The position numbers were made by a program, and so were the translations under genes. Under the pieces are notes generated by a model, which saw nothing but the letters and a program-made list of their open reading frames with translations, made no database searches and had not been told where the DNA came from. Source: Tubiluchus corallicola (lineage: Eukaryota > Animalia > Priapulida). Taken from it: a DNA stretch of 64,000 nucleotides. This document shows, in pieces, positions 54,301 to 64,000 of this stretch. Numbering within the stretch: the first letter of the stretch is position 1; each line of letters begins with the position of its first letter. The stretch lies in assembly GCA_030141605.1 (NCBI GenBank), contig JAQGDQ010000035.1, positions 186,001 to 250,000 on the forward strand, written 5' to 3'.

Positions 54301-56364
54301 ATTGTTTATTTATGTTTGCCTAGTTATTATAATAAAAATTATCACCTATACGTTTAATTGTAATTTTTAATTTTATGCGAAAGAGGAAAATCTGAAATCG
54401 GTAAGAAAAACTGTAACACAAGTGCAAGCTTTTGAATTTTTCGATATTTCTGTGTTTTAGACTTTTCAATAACGTGTTCTGTGTCGAGCATATAACAAAG
54501 GAAATTCGCAGCTTTCTTTTGCAGATTGTAAGAAATAAAAACCTGTTTTACGCTATTCGACTATTCTAAAATTCAACCTACAAAACGGATCATATCGGGT
54601 AAAAAAATCGCAAAGAATTGTTAAAGTTTTTCTTCTGACAGTGCCAAATTTTCCCCTGAAAATACAACTGAAGGTCCTTATTTTTTCAATTGATTATAAT
54701 GTAAAAACATAAAATAACAGGCCACTACGTTAAAAGTATTATTTACTTTATGAATTAATTCACCCAAGAAATCAGAAGCATTTCTATTACGGTCGTCCTA
54801 TGTGCACATTAAAAAGCAGGCAAAAGAAGCGCTAACTGCTTCCTGTTTGTTAGCGGGTTTCATTTTTAGCAAGTTTAATCGCAGGTAGACCTAATGTGTG
54901 ACAAAGATCTAGACAAGCGCTTGATGTAAAGTTTCTTCACGTAGCAGTTTACTTACGATAGCGTTTGGAGGCAGCACGTGTAAGTTTAAACCTTTGTGTG
55001 GATGTGTGACTAACAAGAATTGATTTTTCGCACTCTAACTTAAATGGTTTCATACCTCCGAAGGCCAATGTTACGTGTGGTTACTTACTAATTGCAGACG
55101 GCGTATAGATTTCTATGATAACACTCCTGCACGTGAACATTATGTCTTCGGGGCTCTGCTTAGTACCTACCCATTGTGTATCTTGTTCACTTTGGTGCAA
55201 CTGGGGTAGGCAAGACAACTTTGAATAACCTTACCAACGATGGCGGCAACAAAGACGATCTAATTATGCCAACTGTGGCGCCGATGACGACGAGAATAAC
55301 GGCACTGCCACTGGTGCCAATAACCTTGACGTTAACAACGATAACTGTTACTGCTTCTGCGGATGATGATGATGATGATGGTGATGATGATGGTGATGAC
55401 GGCTATGACGACGACTACGGCAACAACGACGATAATAACAATGACAATAGCAATACATATTGGGGAATGCCAAGATAACAATAATTGCAGTGCTGAAATG
55501 ATAGTGATTCCTCAAACACCAAGCCGTAGTTGACAAAACATGACATTCTTTGTCTGCTATGTGCAAAAAATGACAGTAATATTAGTAATTAAATGACAAA
55601 AACCGTAACACCTACTACATAACTGGGGGTTTTTAAATTGTTTTCTAGTTACACGTTAACAAATTCTTGCATCTGACACTACTTAGTTAGTCTTTAATGC
55701 GAAGTATTTAATATATCTTACACGCGAGGTTCACAGAAAAACCCACTTACTAGTTCAGCTAAGTTCAACGAAACCTCAACTAAAATGTTACATAAAAGGT
55801 AGCTCTTGTTTTCTGAATAGTTTTTGTCTTGACTAGGAAAAGTTTCATCTGCCCTTATTTATATGTAAAGAATGGAGTATTTAACCGTCTCATCTTGCAT
55901 GCACGACGCCCTGTCTGGAGTCTCCTCTTCAACTATAAATGGCTTCCCTGCTCAAGTTGCCTAAATCGTCGAATTGCTGCACATTGTGAATGACTTGTAA
56001 CAAAGTGAGCGCGAAGCTGAGAGCTGCAAAACATGATTTGTGTTTTAGTGAAAGGAACTGAAAGCCAGGCGGTTTCTGATCACAAACAACATGTCTTGAA
56101 AGAAGCCATGATCTTTTCAAATGTAGTAAAGAAGCTTACATCGATAAAGTTATACTAAAGTGCTGGTATATAAACGCCTAGATAAAATCAACATTCTACA
56201 AACTTTTAATACCAAGAACAATAATATCGATACACAATAGCCTACAACAAAGAAATTTTTCGTCCACTAGTAGGTGTCATTAGGATGACAGCAGAAAAGA
56301 AAAGAATTTTTTATCCGCAGCCTGATGATAGCAACTAGGGCATCGTCAGAAAGCTGTTTTCAAA

Positions 56365-56725
56365 GTCAAACTAAACCCTTTTACAACTTTAAATCCTACT
56401 TTCATTACGAATACTCTATGTATTTTATTATAAAACTTGTTTCTTTTCGGTTTTTATCACTTCGTTGTTAGCGGTATTAAATTTGAAGAACCGCCATTTT
56501 CCGCGAGATGAATGACGTAATGCGTACAGTCACGAGGTCACTAAAGATCGCTAGAGAAAGACCGGTAACCTCGTACGTCATTCTGGCTCACTCGCGCCAA
56601 AGACACAAAACATGGCGATCTTTACGTCAATTCACGCGTTCTAAATTCGCCCGAAGAAGGTAAGTTTTTTAATTCATAAGTCTCCTTTGTTTAATAATAA
56701 CAATGAATTCTTTGTACAATCATAA
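56365..56725. repeat. Dispersed repeat, copy 2
   Basis: Colinear similarity to 7450-7850. Confidence 0.8.
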
Positions 56726-57279
56726 TAATGTGTTGAAAAAATTCCAATGTCTGTTGGGTTGGGTTATAGGTCTATTTATTAATTATATTTATAGTAATTT
56801 ATTATTACTATTTATTTAGAATAAGTCTTTTATTAACAAAAATTCCTTTGTTTTGGATATTATGTATCAATTTTTGTCCCATCTGTTAACACATACATAC
56901 AGACACCCGACGTAAATTGTTGCAAAATAATAACATAAAATTCGAGCGAATGAATTCATTTTGGTATACATAAAAAACCTCACTTGTCTGGGTGGGTATG
57001 TTTATATTATGTCAATACTTTTAGTAGTTTCTATTGTAATTTTTATAGTATAGGTGAGTATTTAAAAAAATCTTCTACTTAATGCTATCTACATTTAAAT
57101 GTACGAAATAAATTTAAAAAATACGTACAAAAAGTGTAACATAAATAAAAAGAGTTGGTTTTCAATTTTTTCCAAGGTCCGGTGAAAAATTGCATTAAAC
57201 GCAGTTGTACAAGCAAATGCAATGTATCAGCGCTGGTTGCAAGCAGTTAATCTTGCCTACTCACTAATCCTCGGCACCC

Positions 57280-57720
57280 GTTGAAGAGCCGTGTGCTCCA
57301 TCAACTCCAACAAGATCTGCCTCTTCATATTGTTTGCATGGTCATTGTCCTAGGCGGACTAGAACAGTGTGGAGTGATCTGCTCATGTGTATTTAGAAGA
57401 AGAGCTTCTTGTTGACTGCGAGGAAAAGCTTAGTACAAAATAGAGAGGGCACTCGTTGTGTTTGCGCACCTTTTAGGAGGATTCAACTTCCTATATATCT
57501 GCGCACACGACAATATGAGCTCCACAGAAGATACATTAAGTCGAGCAAGCGGACACGAAAAAAGCTTTCAGCAAGGACAAACTTCAGTTCTGCTACTCGA
57601 TGGCTAATGCTCGGCACACGCCACAATGGATTTTTAAACAGCCCCGTGGCTGTGTGGCTCTCTCAATGGCAAGAATCCCTCCGGGACAGGATACACAGAA
57701 GCTTGTGTGTATGCTGAACA
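57280..57720 (-). mobile_element. Degenerate RTE-X-like LINE 3' fragment
   Basis: Minus frame HTHKLLCILS...SHTATGLF...ISHRVAELKFVLA resembles the RTE C-terminal region; many lesions. Confidence 0.35.
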
Positions 57721-60164
57721 TTACCCTGATCTCTGTACACAATACTGTAATGCCTAAATGTATTCATAATACCCATTAACGTTTCAATCGCTCTTTTATG
57801 CAAAATAAAATTTGCTTTGCGCAATCAGGATTCACTCTTTCTTCAAATCCGGGGAGCCACTTAAACGAGAGAACAAAACAACTGCGCGTGACTAAAAGCA
57901 AAAACTGCATTGGCCACTTAAATCTGCATGCAAAAAAGAAGAAGATTCGGTGAATGAATTGTTGAAGACGCTCTCTTGATAATGAATCAAAGTATGGAGA
58001 ACGTCCAACCTCAGTTTATAGAAGAAAGTAAAGAAACTATTTTCGACAACACGCGCACTCAGTTTAAAAATACGTTAAGTGGTGAGGTTCATCGTAATGC
58101 AACAATCAACCATTCAACCAAAAAATAAAACGGAAGCACTGATGTAAACAAAAAAGTGCAAGAAAGTAAACGAATAAACAAACAAACGAAAGGGGCCCAT
58201 AGAAACGAGTGAAGTAATAAATGAATGAATAAATGAGTGAATAAATAAGTAAATGAACAAATAAATAAATTAATTAACAAAAATAACTAAATAAACGGTT
58301 GAACAAAGCAGCGAGCAGCCGGATAGCCGGGCAGGTGGACAGACGAGGAAAGAAAGACACAAATAAAAAGAACAAATAAACGAGCACACAAACAAACATA
58401 AATGCAAACATATAAACAAACAATAAACAAAGACACAAACCAGGAATGCCTGACTACTTGATTTTTGTGCCAAAAGACTGTTTTAACAAGTTTGCCATTC
58501 ATTCATGAACACTAGCTGCGTTTGATGATTTTTCTGATGTTTAGGAAAGATCATAATAGATTCCCGCCATAGAAATTCATTACACGCTTTCCTGTACAAT
58601 GGTCTTTTTCTCTTTCTTCCTAGTGGTTACTTTAGGAGTTGAGCAACACGCCAGAAGCAATGTCGAATCATAAAAATAACACCAGAGCACAAAGGACCTA
58701 GTTTAAAGGGCAGAACAGTTCTCAGATAACTACTCGTTTCTCGAACGAGAGGCGAAAGGAAACAAAGGCGTTAAGCAAACAGAAAGAGCTCATCAGCAGC
58801 GAGAGTAGAGGGAGGAGGAACGGCATCTTTAATAGAAGATAAAAGGAAACGTGAGGGTTCAGTCCATTTTTGCCATTCAGTCCATAAAATTAGCGAAAAC
58901 GTTTAACATATAAAGAATAAGAAGTTGCATAACGTTTCAGAAACGGAACGTTCTAATAAAGATATTTTTAATTGAAAAAAATTAGAAAGAGGCATCTCAA
59001 GAATTCTTTTTCTGTGATTAGATCCACCTCTGATGTAACATCAAGCCTTGCATTGATTTGAACTTTCCCAGCCTGAGTGGCTGACAAATTTGCTTCTACC
59101 ACGCCTCGTTTTGTAATATGTCGACCACAATGAGGATCGTGACAAAACGACCAAGAAAATAAATGGCCTCTATACTAGATGAGAGGGGTTATTTCTGAAG
59201 CCAAATGGTTTTTGTTGTAAAGTTGGGCGTGAATACTGAGGCATCATTTCAAACCTTATTGGGTGACGGATGTTACTTCTTTAACTCTGTAATTTGAATT
59301 GGACATTGATGATTGTGATTACTTTTAGTTTTGAAATAACTTTCTAACCAAGGTTTTATAAAATATTTCGTTTTCGAGTTTTTTTAACTTGCATGACGTG
59401 CACCACACATTCAAATCATCTCTAATATCATCATTTCGTGATTTGAAATATTAGTGCTGAGAAAACTTGTCAACTTTTCTCTGTAAAAGCCTTTGATGCT
59501 TTTTACTCTTGAACTAGGAAATGCAAACACGAGCTGTATTAAAAATTCTAATTTTATTCAAAGATTTGACTCTTGAGTGAAGCTTTAGTAGCTATAGGCA
59601 GAATACAGAAGAAACGTTCGCGGGAACCAATTTTGACTAGAATTTCAAGTATATTTGCTACTTGAATTCTAAAACTGTGCGACGTGTGCGTGCACTTAAT
59701 ATGGTTTCTAATAAGATTGCGTGCATAGTAACATTTCAGACACACAGACGCTGCATTACATTGTCTTAAATTCACAAAACAATTAAGACGATAAGAAAAT
59801 CGCTCTTAAGGAGAAAATTTGTACAATTATCCAAACAATCTCACAAGGAGAAAAACAAAACAAGGACGTTTCACCCCGTCACTGTAGATTTTCTTTATGT
59901 GCGATTTTGTATTACTTAACACAATTTCCTACATGACAAGATGTTGTTCAATACGGCATAGGTATTGTTTATTTATTTATTCTGGATTTAAATCATTATG
60001 TAAAGTATATGTAAAGTACCATATAAAAACAAACAATTAATATATAAAACTATTAATTTATAAAGCTTATAAATTTACAAGAGGAACACTGGTTAGTTTA
60101 AATAATAAAATTAATGTAATTATAATAGATATAATAGCAGTAACGATTCCACCAACTTAGTGGC

Positions 60165-60248
<84 letters not shown>

Positions 60249-62204
60249 ATATGTATATATGCAAAACCTCCCACTTATATATATATATATATATTTAAGT
60301 GGGAGGTTTTGCGACTACAATATACAATTCAATGGCCATGCAGTTATGATTAATAGCTGAGGGGGTCTCATGGAGGTACGTAATTAAATTGCCCCCATTC
60401 CTGCGTATGCGTGTACCATCACGGGGTCCAGCAGAAGAGAAGAACATGCTGTGTTCGAGAAGCCTGTAAGTGACAGACTAATTGAACATTCGTGTAACCC
60501 GGCCGCTGATTGCCAAGGAAGGTATCTGCACCTTGCTTCTTCTCTCTCATTAGTTGTCAGCTGCATTGTTGATGCAGCGTTTGAAGCAGGCATTATTAAA
60601 TTCTTTCCACTGACAAGTAGCAGGGCAAGAGCTGTTTATTACCGGGTTTCAGAGACAACGTGTCACGTGATGGATGGCACTGGGCATTCTCCTTGCAGGG
60701 AAGAATTATATGCAACGGACCACAGCACAGGAACTAAACTGAACGAACTGAACATTGACGGACAGTGTAAGGCAGTACAGTTCTTAGTTTAGTCAGTTCA
60801 GTAAAGATATTTGTCTCGTGTGTCATGACTCTGATTATTAGAAATTAATAAATTCAGATGCTGGTACTAAAGAATACCATCCACAAAGGCAATGACCAGA
60901 CAAGTCATGATGAGCCATAATTAAGTTTTATTGCATAATTAACAAAAGAGGCTCATAGCAAACTCTATGCATACGATATGCCATCTGTAGCCAATGCATA
61001 TAATTTTTTTTTACCATGAACGAGTGATTTATAATGAAGATTGCAGTAGCACTAAGAACGATTTCTTTTTTGGAATTTTATTTTTTGTCTTTAGGAACTC
61101 GAGGCGCTTTTTACCTATTTGGTTGATGAGGAGAGGTAGTAGTAAGCCGATGTTAAAACTTCTTTTGTCTATTAAAATTCTCATTTAAGATCATTAATTA
61201 TTATAATCTTAACGTCAAGATTATTATTAAGGATGATACAAACTCACAATTAAGTAATGGAAATGCAAAAAGTTGAATACGGCGACCCAGTGATCTGAGG
61301 CGGTCACCTTGTAATCAGAATTTCACTGGTTTAAAACCGGGCTGTCTTTCAAGTTTGGTATCAAAATTTAATTAATTGTAAGTTTGTGACATTATCGTCA
61401 TTTTGCTCAAGCTAAGCCAATTGCCAAAATAGCAAGTTAAATCATTTCGATTTTCTGTTTTACTAAATACCTTTGGCCATGCATTTGTACACCCACGCAT
61501 TCATCTCTTATTTTGCTAAATAAATTTTAGGTTTGGATATTTCATTTTATAAGTATTCCACAAATATTGATAAGAGAAACTTTTTGTTAAAACTAAGTAT
61601 GTGAAAAATAAAAAAATCTTTTTGTGGGTTATTTTTCTGCCAACTGATTTTCTTTTTGCTATTATTTATTTATTTATTTTAAGTTTAAATCAATAAGTAC
61701 CATATAAAGTACTATACAAAACAAGTAAGTAGTGCAGATTTCAAAAACAATATGCATCAGATAAAAAACTGTACAAGAGGAGCACAGGTTGCTTTAAATA
61801 ACAAATGAAGAGGTTGGTAATGAATTCCAATATTGGAAGTACGATGACTTATATCGAATATCTGTATCAGTTTTGCTAGATAAAATCATATTACTGCTAT
61901 TTAAATAATTCTATTGTTAGGCTAAAACACATTTACCCATTTACATGATATGACTTGAAAGGTGGTCAGTACGATTGTTTGCATAAATTACAGAGGCATG
62001 CGTACCGTATTCGTAATTAAAAAAACTTTCGTAGGGCAATATTATACGAAGCGCGAAGTTTTGCTAGACTGCTGCGTTTATACAATAGCCAGAGAGTACT
62101 GCAATAGAAAGTAGAACAATAAGATCTGAACAAAAATGCCATAACATTACGTGAGCAATAACAACATTTTATGCACAGCATATTCATTTTATGATTTTTT
62201 CCAG

Positions 62205-62422
62205 AATTTTTGGCACAAAATGTAGTCGCTGTTTGATGCCCATTCCTTCCACTGAGCTAGTCATGAGGGCAGCGGGAAATGTTTACCATCTCCACTGCTT
62301 TTGCTGTGTGGTGTGCAACCATGTGCTTCAGAAAGGCGATCAATTTGTCATCCGTGAAGGCCAACTCTTCTGTCGACTTGATTACGAGCGTGAATTAGCA
62401 ATGTTTGAGAATAGTCCAAAAA
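62205..62422 (+). CDS. Lmx1: Lmx1, LIM2 exon
   Basis: Acceptor tttttccag| at 62204/62205 joins in phase 2 (DYDR-IFGTKC). CSRC...ELVMRAAGNVYHLHCFCCVVCNHVLQKGDQFVIREGQLFCRLDYERE...SP matches Lmx1 LIM2. Phase-1 donor A|GTAAGA at 62422/62423. Confidence 0.93.
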
Positions 62423-62477
62423 GTAAGAATATTAAATATTCAGTTAATTATATATAACCTTAATGTCAAGATTACTG

Positions 62478-63190
62478 CAGAGCCGTCTTAACTCATGGGC
62501 ACACTGAGCAGTTGCTTGGAGTCGATAAGCATAGGTATGCTAATCTATGTATATTGTGAGTTGCTGTTAATACATAAATAAGTACCTAGTACCATACTAA
62601 ATATTGCATTTGTGAAACTTTCCCTGGGTTGTACGGAAAAATGATTTCGGACAACTTGAAATCTGTGCTTTCCAATATTGAAATTGCACTCAGCGTGTTC
62701 ATGTGTCTGATGGTGGTCAACTGTGCGCTAGAACGTTCATTTTCAAAACTGAAACTTATAAAAAAAATCAGCTTCGCAGCACAATGAGGTAGTAGCATTT
62801 GAACTGACTTTCACTCGTGTATGAAAAATGACAACCTGAAGACCTCTGACTTCAAACCAGTTATAAATGTATAGAACATTTGATTAATAATAAATAATTC
62901 ATAGTAATTACACATTGTGCCATGTCCGTCAGTATGGTTTACCAATTGAGTACCATTTATATATTAGAATTTTTGTGTTTTATAAAGGCTCGTGTTAAAT
63001 CGTTCAAACGTTTGTGTTGATGTGCAGCACGTTTTTTAATCTTTAAACACTGATTTTGTTGGAAGTACCAGTACAATAAATATATGTTAAATTTTTTCGG
63101 CCATATTTTTATTCCTGTGATTGGTTGCGTAGGTAGGGGCCCAGTGCATTGTTTTGCCCGCGGGCCTATAATGCTATTAAAACGGCTCTT
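62478..63190 (+). mobile_element. hAT deletion derivative with transposase dimerisation-domain relic
   Basis: TIRs cagagccgtcttaa / ttaaaacggctctt; 62641-62820 encodes NIEIALSVFMCLMVVNCALERSFSKLKLIK then, after a frameshift, NQLRSTM (hAT C-terminal ERSFS motif). Confidence 0.85.
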
Positions 63191-64000
63191 ATGATAGGCC
63201 TATTATTAATAATAGAGCACAAGAAAACATTTTTCATAAATGAAGCTTAAAATTCGTCTTGAAATTTTATACCACTTACATGCTGTCTTATTGCATACAG
63301 GGCGTACGTTAGCAGTAACGCTGTACAAAACCTAAATATTTAAGCTCTCGGGATGATCGTTAGGCGCAGACATTTTAACGGTATGTCATTTGAAGGAAGT
63401 TTAGATAACATTGCGTAAAGTTTGAATAAAGTAATCAAAGCATTTGCATCACACTCTTTTCTAACTAATCAAGCGTTTAAATTACCTTATATTGTCAATA
63501 AAATTAATACTGTGTTTTTGGTGAATCAGTGGTGCACACTGGGATGGCGATGCAGTGGCGCGAATGTTTTAAATTAAAAATCTTCTTTTCCAATTACATA
63601 AGTCTTTCAAACCATAACTTTGTATGGAAATTTCTTTGGGATATACTTTAAAAATCCATTTTCTTCCTCTTTAATAAATTTGAAACCTGATTTGAAAAAC
63701 AGGAAATATGAAAATTTGTGACACAGCTTGGATTTGAACCAGTTATATTTTGTTTACAAGGTAGACGCAGTCATCGCTAAAGTGATAATCCAAAGTTCAT
63801 CTTTTATGGCTGGCCTCCCAGTTCAGCATTTCCAAAGCTAGATTTCTTACGCTAGAGCGATTCTGATTAGTTACAAGATCTTCAATTAATTTTAATCGAC
63901 AAGCAGACAAATTAATTTTGGCTTCGTACCTTATTAAATATCCAGTGTTATTATCCAAATTCAAAGAGTAAAATTATCAAAAATTTTAAGTAAAGGTAGA

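Larger units (their letters stand above)
29518..62204 (+). other. Lmx1: 32.7-kb GT-AG intron of Lmx1 between the LIM1 and LIM2 exons
   Basis: Flanking exons splice in frame to give a continuous LIM1-LIM2 sequence; no other credible coding exon seen inside. Confidence 0.85.

Noticed and set aside
61281-61346. tRNA-like sequence
   Set aside because: Degenerate A/B boxes and no complete cloverleaf; treated as a SINE relic rather than a tRNA gene.

Overview
AT-rich, repeat-dense invertebrate animal genomic DNA with spliceosomal introns. Three host genes are supported. (1) A minus-strand exon of a PMP22/EMP/claudin-superfamily protein (1794-2111). (2) A minus-strand three-exon, ~515-aa secreted or surface LRR protein (11641-17347) built from two duplicated LRR/LRRCT modules with no TIR domain. 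(3) A plus-strand Lmx1 LIM-homeobox gene whose LIM1 (29345-29517) and LIM2 (62205-62422) exons are separated by a 32.7-kb intron; the homeodomain lies beyond the window. The remainder is microsatellites, minisatellites, hAT/Kolobok/Harbinger-type MITEs, degenerate RTE/L2-like LINEs, a Gypsy fragment nested in a hAT element, and several inverted pairs of minimal hammerhead-ribozyme motifs typical of Penelope-like elements. The most notable observations are the hammerhead palindromes, an in-frame stop just upstream of the Lmx1 LIM1 ATG, and the exon-level duplication in the LRR gene. I found no convincing evidence of a wholly new system.
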